Below are positions 22,806 to 32,471 of a DNA stretch of 64,000 nt, in pieces. Made by a program: the position numbers and the translations under genes. Under the pieces are notes generated by a model, which was given only the letters and a program-made list of their open reading frames with translations, did not search any database and was not told where the DNA came from. Every line of letters begins with the position of its first letter. The first letter of the stretch is position 1. Source of the stretch: Longimicrobiales bacterium (lineage in GTDB: Bacteria; Gemmatimonadota; Gemmatimonadetes; Longimicrobiales; Gaopeijiaceae); the NCBI GenBank assembly GCA_965204735.1, contig OZ242008.1:1088001-1152000 (forward strand). The letters are read 5' to 3'.

Positions 22806-24914
22806 CTAGCCCATCAACCTAACCGCCCCGGCTCGTTTCAGCCCGTCGGCCAGCGCCTTCGGCGAATCCGCCGGCTCCTGACACGCCTTGCCGACGCACA
22901 CGAAGGCGCGCCCGCTCCGGTCCAGCCGCCCTTCCATCGCCGGCAGCGCCGCCACCTTGGGGTTCGTCGGGTCGCCGCCCACGATCGTCCGGTTGGGATG
23001 GGGGTGACGGTGCGCCACCGCCAGCATCTCGTCGATCCGCTTCCCCGCTCCCGCCAGCGCCACCTCCAACCGGGGCGTGGAGAACAGGAAGGCGGCGGTC
23101 AGCAGGCGACCGACGGCCTGGGGGCTGCTCTCCATCGCGCCCACTTCCCGAGCGAGGACCCGTTCGGCCGTCTCGGCGCGCCCCCCGTCGCCGGCGACCG
23201 CGTCTAGCCGGACGAGCAGCTCCACGGCCAGCGAGTTCCCTGAAGGGGTGGCGTTGTCCAAGATGTCCCGAGGCCGCACCAGGAGCGGCTCGCCTTCCTT
23301 GGAAGCGTCGTGGAAGAGACCCTCGCCGGCGGACCAGAACCGTTCGACCATTGCGTCGCACATCCGCTCGGCCTCTTCAAGCCAGCGCGAGTCCAGGGTC
23401 GCCTCGTAGAGGGAGAGGAAGGCGTTGCCCAGAGCCCCGTGGTCCTCGAGGAACGCCTCGACGTGCACCCGGCCGGCGGAGAGCACCCGGAAGAGGCGGT
23501 CGCCGGGGCGGAGGGCGTCCAGGAGGAACTCGGCGGCCCGCAGCGCGGCTTCCGTGTAGTCGGGGCGGCCAAGCGCCGGGCCGGCCTCGGCCAGCGCCCG
23601 GACCGCGAAGCCGTTCCAGCACGCCAGGACCTTCTCGTCGCGAAAGGGCGGCGGGCGCTCGCTCCGCCGGGCCTTCAGGGCGGCCAAGGCTTCCCCCAGC
23701 ACGCGCTGCAGCTCGTCTCGGGCCACGCCCTCTTGCCGGGCCACGGCGTCCGGGTCGTGGGGCAGGTGGAGGATGTTCCGTCCCTCGAAGTTGCCCGGCT
23801 CGCTCACGTCGTAGACCCGGCAGAAGAGCCTGGCCGCGTCGCGTCCCAGCGCCTCCCGCACCTCCGCGGGCGTCCAGAGGTAGAAGGCGCCTTCCTCGGG
23901 CACGGCGGCCGCGTCCGAGAACCGGCCCCCGCGCGCGCCGTCCGCCGGGAGCGAGTCGGCGTCGCGGGCGGAGCAGAAGGCCCCCTCGGGCAGGATCAGG
24001 TCCTCCAGCATGTAGTCCAGGGTCTCCTGGGCGACTTGTCCCAGTCCCGGCGCGCCCAGCAGGTGCCCCTGGACGAGGGCGCGGGCCAGCAGCGCATTGT
24101 CGTACAGCATCTTCTCGAAGTGGGGCACCAGCCAGCGGGCGTCCACGGAGTAGCGGTGGAACCCGCCCCCGCAGTGGTCGCGGATGCCGCCGGCGGCCAT
24201 GCGGGAGAGGGTGTGCACGGCCATCGACGCGCCCGGGCCGGCGCCGCTGCCGGCGCGCAGCAGGAACTCCAGGAAGACCGGCTGGGGGAACTTGGGCGCG
24301 CCGCCGAAGCCTCCGTGCACCGGGTCGAAGCTCCGTCCGGCGACGGCGACCGCGTGGGAGAAGAGGCCCTCGTCGCCGGCGCCGAAGCGCCCGCTGCCGG
24401 GGTGGGGCCGGCCGGCGCTCCGCTCCAGCGCTTCCCGCAGCCGCTCGCCGACGCGCACCGCTTCTTCGCGGCGGGACTCCCACGCATGCGCCGCCGCCAC
24501 GAGCACTTGGCGGAACGACGGCATCCCGTGGCGGGGCTCCGGGGGGTAGTACGTGCCGCCGTGAAAGGGCACGCCCTCCGGGGTGAGGAACGCGGTCAGG
24601 GGCCAGCCGCCCTGTCCCGTCATCGACTGGACCGCCCTCATGTAGATCGAGTCCAGGTCGGGCCTCTCCTCCCGGTCCACCTTGACGTTGACGAACGCTC
24701 GGTTCATCAGGCGGGCCGTCTCCGGGTCCTCGAAGGACTCCCGCTCCATGACGTGGCACCAGTGGCACGCCGAGTAGCCGATGGAGAGGAGGATCGGCCG
24801 GTCCGTCTCCCGAGCCAGCGCCAGCGCCTCTTCGTCCCACGGGCGCCACTCCACCGGGTTGCCGGCGTGCTGCAGGAGGTAGGGGCTGGTCTCGTGGGCG
24901 AGGCGGTTGGCCAT
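22806..24914 (-). CDS. YyaL/DUF255 thioredoxin-domain protein (SSP411-like)
   Basis: Motifs [43 protein letters not shown] and DNATPSGNS. Confidence 0.92.
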   Translation of the reverse strand: MANRLAHETSPYLLQHAGNPVEWRPWDEEALALARETDRPILLSIGYSACHWCHVMERESFEDPETARLMNRAFVNVKVDREERPDLDSIYMRAVQSMTGQGGWPLTAFLTPEGVPFHGGTYYPPEPRHGMPSFRQVLVAAAHAWESRREEAVRVGERLREALERSAGRPHPGSGRFGAGDEGLFSHAVAVAGRSFDPVHGGFGGAPKFPQPVFLEFLLRAGSGAGPGASMAVHTLSRMAAGGIRDHCGGGFHRYSVDARWLVPHFEKMLYDNALLARALVQGHLLGAPGLGQVAQETLDYMLEDLILPEGAFCSARDADSLPADGARGGRFSDAAAVPEEGAFYLWTPAEVREALGRDAARLFCRVYDVSEPGNFEGRNILHLPHDPDAVARQEGVARDELQRVLGEALAALKARRSERPPPFRDEKVLACWNGFAVRALAEAGPALGRPDYTEAALRAAEFLLDALRPGDRLFRVLSAGRVHVEAFLEDHGALGNAFLSLYEATLDSRWLEEAERMCDAMVERFWSAGEGLFHDASKEGEPLLVRPRDILDNATPSGNSLAVELLVRLDAVAGDGGRAETAERVLAREVGAMESSPQAVGRLLTAAFLFSTPRLEVALAGAGKRIDEMLAVAHRHPHPNRTIVGGDPTNPKVAALPAMEGRLDRSGRAFVCVGKACQEPADSPKALADGLKRAGAVRLMG

Positions 24915-24981
24915 GGGACGGAAGATAGGGCCGACGCCGCAGGGCCGCCCGCCGGCCCCGGCGGCCTTGGCGGGGCGGGGA

Positions 24982-25139
24982 CCCGGCCGCCCGTGGTCGG
25001 AGTTGGCCGGAGACCGAGGCGGCGGAGTCTCAGCGCGAGAGGCCCGGCCGCCCGTGGTCGGAGTTGGCGCACCGCCAGATCACGACGGCGGCGGCCGCGG
25101 GCCAGCCCCGGGGACCCGACCGCCGTGGTCGGAGCTGGC
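24982..25139. repeat. three spaced ~26-bp hairpin repeats (CRISPR-like or REP-like)
   Basis: CCCGGCCGCCCGTGGTCGGAGTTGGC at 24982 and 25043 (identical), plus a degenerate copy at 25115. Unique spacers of 35 and 46 bp. Confidence 0.8.
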
Positions 25140-25192
25140 GCGCCCCCCGCCGCGAAACCCATAGCTTTACTTGTGCGCGCTCCGCCCCGACC

Positions 25193-26017
25193 ATGGAGGT
25201 CTCCCTGCGTGGCTTGACCCGCCGTCTCCTCGTCCTCGCCCTCTCCCGCCCGAGGCTGTGGCCCGCCATGCTCTCCGCCGCCTGGGCGTTCCGGGCGAAG
25301 GACTGGCACCGGCGGCCCCCCTTCCTCCCCCTGCCGTCCAAGGAGTACCTGCGGTGGCGGATGGAGACGGCCTACGGCGACCGGGAAGCCGTGCCTCCGC
25401 GCGACGAGCTGGCCGCCTTCCTCTCCTGGTCCGCCGAGATGCGGAAGCGGATGCGGCCCGAGCGAGCCGGCCTGGCGGCCAAGGCGACGGCGGCCGCCGC
25501 CCTGATCGCCTTCGCAGTGTGGGCGAACCTGCAGGCGGCCGAGCACGACGCGGTTCGGGAAGCGGCGGCGGCGGCAGGCTACCCCGGCCTGCTGGCGGCG
25601 TCGGTGGTGAGCGGCTTCAACCTGATCGCGCCGGTTCCCGTCGCCGCCTTCTACCCCTTCTTGCTGGAAGCCGGCTTTCAGCCCCTTCCGACGCTGGCCA
25701 CGATCGCCCTTGGAATGACCGGGGGCGACTTTCTGGGCTACATGGTGGGCGACGCCTCCCGGGCGCTCTCCGGCGACCGCCTGGCCGGGTTTCGGGCGCG
25801 AGTGGACCGACTCCACCAGCGGCACCCCGTCCTTCCGCTGGCGGTCCTCTTCCTCTACGCCGCGTTCGCCCCCGTGCCCAACGAGCTCCTCGTCGTCCCC
25901 CTGGCGTTCATGCGCTACCCTTTGGCCGGGGTCATGCTCGCCGTCTTCGCGGGCAACCTGATCTTCAACTCGTGGCTGGCCCTGGGCGCCGCGTGGCTCT
26001 TCGGCGCGGGCGGATGA
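25193..26017 (+). CDS. hypothetical membrane protein (unknown N-terminal domain + DedA/VTT-like domain)
   Basis: N-terminal W..RPPFLPLP..EYLRWRMETAYG. C-terminal hydrophobic region with G.TGGDFLGY and APVPNELL. Confidence 0.7.
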   Translation: MEVSLRGLTRRLLVLALSRPRLWPAMLSAAWAFRAKDWHRRPPFLPLPSKEYLRWRMETAYGDREAVPPRDELAAFLSWSAEMRKRMRPERAGLAAKATAAAALIAFAVWANLQAAEHDAVREAAAAAGYPGLLAASVVSGFNLIAPVPVAAFYPFLLEAGFQPLPTLATIALGMTGGDFLGYMVGDASRALSGDRLAGFRARVDRLHQRHPVLPLAVLFLYAAFAPVPNELLVVPLAFMRYPLAGVMLAVFAGNLIFNSWLALGAAWLFGAGG

Positions 26018-26102
26018 GCTTGCGGCGGCGCGCGCGACCGGGACGCCGGCCCGCCCGGAAGCTCCAGCGGCGAGCGGGAACTCCCGAAAGCGAGCCGCGT
26101 CG

Positions 26103-26711
26103 ATGCTGATCGCCGGACTCACCGGCAACGTGGGCGCGGGGAAGTCCACGGTGGCGGAGCAGTGGCGCCGGGCCGGGGTTCCGGTGGCGTCGGCCGACGA
26201 GTTCGCGCGCCAAGCGACGGCCCCCGGATCGCCGGTCGTTGCGCGGATCGTGGAGCTCTTCGGCGCGGGCGTGCAGGCTCCCGACGGCGCCCTGGACCGG
26301 GACGCCGCGCGGCGCCTGGTCTTCCCCGACGCCGACGCCCGACGCAAGTTGGAAGCGGTGGTCCACCCGGCGATCAGGCGCCTCCGGGACGAATGGACCC
26401 GGGTCCAGCGGGCGGGCGGCGTTCCCCTGGCTGCGTGGGAGGTCCCCCTCCTCTTCGAGGTCGGAATGGAAGAGGAGGTGGACGTGGTGGTGCTGGTGGA
26501 CGCGCCGGCCGCCGTGCGCCGGAAGCGGATCATGGAGACGCGAGGTCTCGACGCGACGACGGCCGACCAGGTGATCGCGTCCCAGGGCCCGGCGGAGGAG
26601 AAGCGCAGCCGGGCCGACTACGTTGTGGAGAACGGCGGCTCCCTGGCGGAGCTGGCCGCGCGCGCCGCGGGGGTGCTGGACGACCTGAAGCGAAGGGCAG
26701 GCAAGACATGA
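26103..26711 (+). CDS. coaE: dephospho-CoA kinase
   Basis: Motifs GLTGNVGAGKST, LDR, LEAVVHP, VPLLFE and ADYVVEN. Confidence 0.93.
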   Translation: MLIAGLTGNVGAGKSTVAEQWRRAGVPVASADEFARQATAPGSPVVARIVELFGAGVQAPDGALDRDAARRLVFPDADARRKLEAVVHPAIRRLRDEWTRVQRAGGVPLAAWEVPLLFEVGMEEEVDVVVLVDAPAAVRRKRIMETRGLDATTADQVIASQGPAEEKRSRADYVVENGGSLAELAARAAGVLDDLKRRAGKT

Positions 26712-27913
26712 CGGACGCGACCGAGGGTCCGCCGGTCCCCCAGGTCGAGCGGCCCATAGGCCCTGCCGAGGCGCTGAAGGCGCTGCACACGGCGTCGGGG
26801 ATCGTGCTCACGACCCACGTCAACGCCGACGGCGACGCCGCCGGGTCCCAGGCCGCGCTGGCCACCTACCTGAACTGGCGTTTCCGCGCCGTGCAGATCG
26901 TGAACCCGACGCCGTTCCCCGAGCCCTACCGCTTCCTCCTGCCGGAGCCGCCGATGCTCCTGCCGGCGACCCACGAGGAAGCGGCCCGCTACTGCGCCTC
27001 GTGCACGCTGGCGGTGATCGTGGACGCGGGACAGGTCCCTCGCATCGGGAGAGTCAACAAGCTGGTCCGCCACCTGCCCAAGCTCGTGATCGACCATCAC
27101 CCCCCGGGGCCCAGGCCGTTCCAGGGCATGGTCTATCGAGACGAGTCGGCCCCGGCCACCGGGTCGATGGTCCTGGAGATCATCGAGCAGGCCGGCATCA
27201 AAGGCCAGTCGCGCGAGGTGTGGCCGCCCGTCGCTCGGGCTCTCTACGCGGCGCTCCTGGCCGACACCGGCGGCTTCCGCTTCTCCAACGTCACGCCGCG
27301 GTGCTTCCGCGACGCCGCGCGCCTGGTGGAGCTGGGCGCCGACCCCGAGGCCCTTCACCGAGCCATGTTCGGCCGCTTCCCCCTTCGTCGCTACCACCTG
27401 CTTCGCGAAGCCTTGGCCACCTTGGAGGTCCACGCCGGCGGCCGAATCGCGTGGATGACGGTTCCCAAGGATTCCTACGACCAGCTGGGCGCCACGGTGG
27501 ACGATCTGGAGGGGTTCGTGGACGTGCCCCGCACCCTCCACGACGTGGAGGTGGCAATGCTCTTCCGCACCACGGCCGACGGCAAGACCAAGGTCTCGCT
27601 TCGCGCCACCGGCCGCGTGAACGTGAGCGAGATCGCGACCGAGCTCGGCGGGGGCGGCCACGCTCGCGCTGCCGGGGCGGTTCTGGAGGGCGACGGGGAG
27701 GCCGCGACGGCCCACGTCGTGGCGCGCGTGGAGGAGGCGCTGGCGGCGGCGGACGCGGCGGCAGCCGAGTGCGAGGACGCGGAGGAAGCGCGGGGCGAGT
27801 CAGACGCCGGAGGCGGCTCGGACAGCTCGGACGGCTCGGACGCGCCCGGCGCGCCCGGCCGGTCGAACGTGCTGCCCTGGCCCATCCGGCCGTCGTCGGA
27901 AGGGGAAGGGTAG
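26708..27913 (+). CDS. nrnA: DHH/DHHA1 phosphoesterase (NrnA-like oligoribonuclease/pAp phosphatase)
   Basis: Motifs THVNADGDA.GS, VIDHH, DTGGFRF, KVSLRA and GGGGHARAAG. Acidic low-complexity tail. Confidence 0.88.
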   Translation: MTDATEGPPVPQVERPIGPAEALKALHTASGIVLTTHVNADGDAAGSQAALATYLNWRFRAVQIVNPTPFPEPYRFLLPEPPMLLPATHEEAARYCASCTLAVIVDAGQVPRIGRVNKLVRHLPKLVIDHHPPGPRPFQGMVYRDESAPATGSMVLEIIEQAGIKGQSREVWPPVARALYAALLADTGGFRFSNVTPRCFRDAARLVELGADPEALHRAMFGRFPLRRYHLLREALATLEVHAGGRIAWMTVPKDSYDQLGATVDDLEGFVDVPRTLHDVEVAMLFRTTADGKTKVSLRATGRVNVSEIATELGGGGHARAAGAVLEGDGEAATAHVVARVEEALAAADAAAAECEDAEEARGESDAGGGSDSSDGSDAPGAPGRSNVLPWPIRPSSEGEG

Positions 27914-27917
27914 GCCG

Positions 27918-28409
27918 ATGGATCCGGCCTTCGGTGGACCTCCTCGCGACGACGACAACGGCCCCGGCGTGCCCGAGGCCCTTCCCAGGACCTTGCGCGC
28001 CGTGGGAGATCGGCTGGGGCCGGGCGTCGTGGACCGCCTGTGGCTCTTTCCGCCTCTCGTGCGGTCCCGCAGGGAGTGGGGGCTCGTGGCCGCGGGCTGC
28101 TTCGAGGGTCGGGACGCCCGCCGGCTCGTCACCGCCGCCTACGCGGCCGAGCGCACGGGCAAGGGCCTCTACCTGGACGTCCGTCTGCTGGACGAGGGCG
28201 TCGCGCCTCCGGACCGCCTGCCCAGGGTGATGGCCGGCGTGGTCGAGCGTGCGCCCGAGCCGCTGGGCCACCCCCGCATCGTGGAGATCGGCGGCGAGGC
28301 GGAGGCGTTCGACGCGCTGATGTCCGACTTCGGCCGGGAGCTCTTCGCCGAGACCGCGGCCGGGCCTCCCGCCACGCGTCCGCACGCCCGACCGGAGGCG
28401 CGCCGGTGA
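27918..28409 (+). CDS. hypothetical protein
   Basis: Fills the gap between nrnA and the Fur gene with tight spacing and a GTGA overlap. Coding-like codon usage. Confidence 0.7.
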   Translation: MDPAFGGPPRDDDNGPGVPEALPRTLRAVGDRLGPGVVDRLWLFPPLVRSRREWGLVAAGCFEGRDARRLVTAAYAAERTGKGLYLDVRLLDEGVAPPDRLPRVMAGVVERAPEPLGHPRIVEIGGEAEAFDALMSDFGRELFAETAAGPPATRPHARPEARR

Positions 28410-28909
28410 CGCTGGGACCCGCCGACGTCGATCCGTACCTGGCGATCTTCGGAAGGTACCTTCGGGAGAAGGGCCTGCCCGTCACCCAGCAGCGGATGGC
28501 CGTCGCCCGGGCCCTCTTCTCGTCCTCGGCCCACCAGTCGGTGGACGACCTGGAGACGGCGCTTCGGGGGCAGGACCCGCGGCTGGGGAAGGCGACGATC
28601 TATCGGACCCTGGATCTTCTCGTCCGCAGCGGGCTGGCCGAGGAGCACGACTTCGGCGAGGGCTTCAAGCGCTACGAGCACCGTCTCTCCCGCGACCCGG
28701 TCCACCACCACTTGGTGTGCATGGAGAGCGGCGAGGTGATCGAGTTCCGCAGCGAGGCGCTCCGCAAGATCGTGGAGGAGACGGCCGCTCGCCACGGCTT
28801 CCGTCCCACCGGCCACAAGCTGGTGATCTTCGGCCTGAGCCGGGCCAGCCAGGAGTCCGGCGCCGACGTGGAGTACCAGGGAATCACCTGTCCCATCGAG
28901 ACGACGTGA
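28406..28909 (+). CDS. Fur-family transcriptional regulator
   Basis: Motifs GLPVTQQR, HQSVDDL, ATIYRTLDLL and HHHLVC...GEVIEF. Confidence 0.9.
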   Translation: MTLGPADVDPYLAIFGRYLREKGLPVTQQRMAVARALFSSSAHQSVDDLETALRGQDPRLGKATIYRTLDLLVRSGLAEEHDFGEGFKRYEHRLSRDPVHHHLVCMESGEVIEFRSEALRKIVEETAARHGFRPTGHKLVIFGLSRASQESGADVEYQGITCPIETT

Positions 28910-28967
28910 GCTTCTCCCGGCGGGCTGCGGACCCCGGGTCGGCGAAGCCCCGTCCCAAGGAGACGCC

Positions 28968-29696
28968 GTGAACGAATCCGTCGGGATCCTGATCGCCTTC
29001 ACCGCCGGGACGCTCTCGTTCCTCTCCCCCTGCGTGCTGCCTCTGGTCCCCAGCTACCTCTCCTTCGTCACGGGGATGTCCCTGGAGGACCTGCAGGAGG
29101 GCTTCGACCGTCGGCGGGCGCTGGTGCACTCGGGCCTCTTCGTGGCCGGCTTCACCTTGGTCTTCGTGCTCCTGGGGGCGTCGGCGTCGATCCTCGGCGG
29201 GCTGCTGCGCTACTACAGCGACTGGATCGCCCGGATCGGCGGCGTGGTGATCGTCGTCTTCGGGCTTCACCTGATGGGCGTGTTCCGGCTAGCGCCCCTC
29301 ATGCGGGAGAAGCGGGTCCACCTCTCCAGCAAGCCCGTGGGCTACGTGGGCACGGTCTTGGTGGGGATCGCCTTCGGGACGGGCTGGACGCCCTGCATCG
29401 GCCCGGTGCTGGGGGCCATCCTGACCATGGCCGCCTCCCAGGAGCAGTTGCTGCAGGGCATGTGGCTCCTCTTCGTCTACTCGATGGGGCTGGCCGTGCC
29501 CTTCGTCCTTGCCGCGGCGGCCCTGGAGCGGTTCCTGAGCCTCTTCGCCCGCTTCCGCAGGTTCCTTCCTGCGATCCAAGTGGCGTCCGGCGCCCTGCTG
29601 GTGGTCCTGGGACTCTTGCTGGCGACCGGGTCGTTCGTCGTGCTGGCGGCGTGGCTGAACCGCTTCACCCCCGACTTTCTGCTGGAACGGCTCTGA
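28968..29696 (+). CDS. ccdA: cytochrome c biogenesis protein CcdA
   Basis: Motifs SFLSPCVLPLVP and WTPCIGP, with about 6 TMs. Confidence 0.92.
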   Translation: MNESVGILIAFTAGTLSFLSPCVLPLVPSYLSFVTGMSLEDLQEGFDRRRALVHSGLFVAGFTLVFVLLGASASILGGLLRYYSDWIARIGGVVIVVFGLHLMGVFRLAPLMREKRVHLSSKPVGYVGTVLVGIAFGTGWTPCIGPVLGAILTMAASQEQLLQGMWLLFVYSMGLAVPFVLAAAALERFLSLFARFRRFLPAIQVASGALLVVLGLLLATGSFVVLAAWLNRFTPDFLLERL

Positions 29697-31491
29697 CGGC
29701 CCGACCTGGGGCCGCGCCCGCCAGCGCGAGGTCCTGCTCCAGCAGCTGCCGTCGGAGGAGCGAAGCGTAGGCGCCTCCCAGGGCCGTCAGCTCCTCGTGG
29801 CGGCCGCGCTCCACGATCCGGCCGTCCACCAGCACCAGGATCAGGTCCGCGTCCTTCACCGCCGTCACCCGGTGAGAGATGATGAACGCCGTGCGCCCCT
29901 TCAGCCGGCTGCGCAGCCCCTGCAGGATGCGGGCCTCGGTGCGGGTGTCCACGGCGCTCAGCACATCGTCCAGCACCAGCACGGCCGGGTCCGGTGCCAG
30001 GGCGCGGGCCAGCGTCGCGCGCTGCTTCTGTCCGCCGGAGAGGTTGATCCCCCGCTCGCCCAGCAAGGTGTCGTACCCCTTGGGGAACCCGCGCACCGCT
30101 TCGTCGAGGCTCGCGGCCGCCGCCGCGGCGCGGATACGCCGATCGCGCGCCTCTCCCTCCACGTCCGGCGGGAGCCCCAGAGAGATGTTCCGGCCCAGCC
30201 GGTCCGAGAAGAGGAAGGCGTCCTGAGGCGCGAAGCCGATGCGGGCGCGCACGTCGGCCGGGTCGTACTCGGGGAGCGGCGCGCCGTCCAGGAGGACCTC
30301 TCCCGCCACCGGGTCGTGCAGGCGGGCAAGGAGCGAGACCAGCGTGCTCTTGCCCGACCCGGTGGGTCCCACTACGGCTATGGCGCTGCCCGGTTCGGCG
30401 ACGAAGCTGACGTCCCGCAGGACCGTCCGGTCGCTTCCCGGGTAGCGGAAGGACACGCCGCGAAACTCGACGGCGGCGTCCCCTTCGGGCGGCGGGCGAG
30501 GGTTCGGGGGCGCCGCGACGGCCGGCTCGACCTGGAAGACCCGGTTCAGCCGGCCCATCGACGCGGCGCCCCGCTGGAAGAGGTTCACCACCCAGCCCAG
30601 GGCGATCATCGGCCACGCCAGCAGCACGAGGAGGTACGAGAAGGCGACGAAGTCCCCTGCGGTGATCGTCCCCGCCATGACCAGGCCGCCTCCGTACCAG
30701 AGCATCGCGACCATGGCGCCTCCCATGACCAGTCCCAGCGCCGGATGGAAGGCGCCGCCCACGTAGGCCAGCCGCATGTTGCGCCGCAAGTACTCCCGGT
30801 TGAGGGCGTCGAACTCGTCCGCCTGGCCCGCCTCCCGTCCGTAGGCCCGCACGATCCGCACGCCCGACAGGTTCTCCTGCACCATCGCCGACAGCGTGCC
30901 GAAGTGGGCCTGGATCAGCTCGAAGCGCCGGTGGATCGCCCGCCCGAACCAGATCACCAAGGGCGGCAGGACCGCCATCGGCAGCAGCGCCGCCACCGTC
31001 AGCCGGGGACTCATCCAGAGCATGAGGCTCGTCCCCAGCACGAAGTTCATGAAGGTGTTCGCCGAGTACATGACGCCGGGGCCCACGGCCTGGCGGACGG
31101 CCAAGGTGTCGTTGGTGGCGAGGCTCATGAGGTCGCCGGTGCGGGTGCCGCCGTAGAAGCCGGCGTCGAGGCGCAGCAGGTGGCGCACGAAATCGTTGCG
31201 CAGGTCCACTTCGATCCGCCGGCTGGCCCCGTTCATGATCTCCCGCATCCCGTAGAAGGCCGCGCCGCCGGCCAGCGCCGTGGCGACGATCAGCAGCGCG
31301 TAGCCGGCCACCGCGCGCACGGTCTCGCCCGGGTTCGACCCGGGCTCGGCGGGAAGCGCGTCCACGGCCAGCTTCAGGAGGTAAGGGCCCGCCAAGGCGA
31401 ATCCGTTGGCCGCGACGACCAGCGCCAAGCCCAGCGCCATCACCTTCCTGTACGGGCGAAAGTATGGCAGAACGGTGCGAAGTTGGTTCAT
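29665..31491 (-). CDS. ABC exporter, fused permease/ATPase (MdlA-like)
   Basis: TM domain, Walker A GPTGSGKST, signature LSGGQKQR, LVLDD and ISHR. Confidence 0.93.
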   Translation of the reverse strand: MNQLRTVLPYFRPYRKVMALGLALVVAANGFALAGPYLLKLAVDALPAEPGSNPGETVRAVAGYALLIVATALAGGAAFYGMREIMNGASRRIEVDLRNDFVRHLLRLDAGFYGGTRTGDLMSLATNDTLAVRQAVGPGVMYSANTFMNFVLGTSLMLWMSPRLTVAALLPMAVLPPLVIWFGRAIHRRFELIQAHFGTLSAMVQENLSGVRIVRAYGREAGQADEFDALNREYLRRNMRLAYVGGAFHPALGLVMGGAMVAMLWYGGGLVMAGTITAGDFVAFSYLLVLLAWPMIALGWVVNLFQRGAASMGRLNRVFQVEPAVAAPPNPRPPPEGDAAVEFRGVSFRYPGSDRTVLRDVSFVAEPGSAIAVVGPTGSGKSTLVSLLARLHDPVAGEVLLDGAPLPEYDPADVRARIGFAPQDAFLFSDRLGRNISLGLPPDVEGEARDRRIRAAAAAASLDEAVRGFPKGYDTLLGERGINLSGGQKQRATLARALAPDPAVLVLDDVLSAVDTRTEARILQGLRSRLKGRTAFIISHRVTAVKDADLILVLVDGRIVERGRHEELTALGGAYASLLRRQLLEQDLALAGAAPGRAVRAVPAESRG

Positions 31492-31559
31492 CTTTATGGA
31501 GTGTGGCCGAAGCGCGCGGGCGGCACAACCGACGAAGGCACGACGGACAGGAGGACGCT

Positions 31560-32464
31560 GTGAGACGCAGGAGCGGACGGCTCGAGCCGAAGCCCGGGCG
31601 TGACTGGATGCGGATGCCGGCGGCCACGGCCGCGACGCTGCTGGTCGCGTGCGGCGGCAGCGAGGCGCCCCCTCCGAAGCGGCGGACGAAGCGGTCGAGA
31701 AGGAATCGATCGCGGCCGCCGCTCCCGAATCCGCCATCCCGCCCCCGCCGGACCTGACCGCGCCCGAGGCGGTGTCGGCAATCGGACGCCTGCTGGACAG
31801 CCTCCTGGCCGATGGCTTCGCATCGGAACCCGTCCTGGCCCCTTCCGGCGACCTGGCGAGCATCGAGGACTTGGCGGGAGACAGCCTTCTGGCCGAACGT
31901 TTCGCAGCCCGTCCCCGGCTTCGGATGGGCGTCCAGCTCCGGGCCGTCAGCGACCGGTTCGTCACCACGGCGGACCATCGGCCCGGCGACCCCGTCGTGG
32001 CCACGCTGGCGGAGGACGTGCCCGGTCCCGGCGGCCGCGTCCTCGTGCGCCAGGGCACCAAGCTGCTCGGAGTCGTGACGGCGTCCCAGAGCGCCTTCGG
32101 CCCCGGCGAGACTGCGTTTCTGGAGGTTGCCTTCCTTACCCTCGCGACCGAAACGTGGGAGCGCCCGCTGAGGACGCGGGTCGTCGCCGTGCTGCCGCCG
32201 GAGGCGCCCGAACCGACGCCCGAGGAGCCGATGGAGGGGGCCGAGGACCAGCCGGACCCGGCGGAGCCGCCTCCCGATCCTTCCACCGGCGCCCGTGATC
32301 CGGCGGAGGGGGCGCCGGGAGAGATCCCCGCGGGAGCGGTGCTGGTCGTGGAGCTGGAGGAGACGCTGGTGCTGCCCATGGCGGCGGCCGCCGTCGCCGA
32401 AATGCCAAGCGAGGTTGACGCTTTGCCAAGCAAACGCGACACGATTCCTGGGAGTCGATCCTGA
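31560..32464 (+). pseudogene. putative lipoprotein with a TrbI/VirB10-like beta domain, split by an apparent frameshift in a C5 run (31668-31672)
   Basis: AGGAGG RBS and GTG 31560 lead to lipobox LLVA-C-GG. The coding-like body (SEAADEAVEKES..RPGDPVVATL..GTKLLGVV..IPAGAVLVVEL) continues in another frame. One extra C joins the two frames. Confidence 0.6.
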
Positions 32465-32471
32465 AGTTCCG

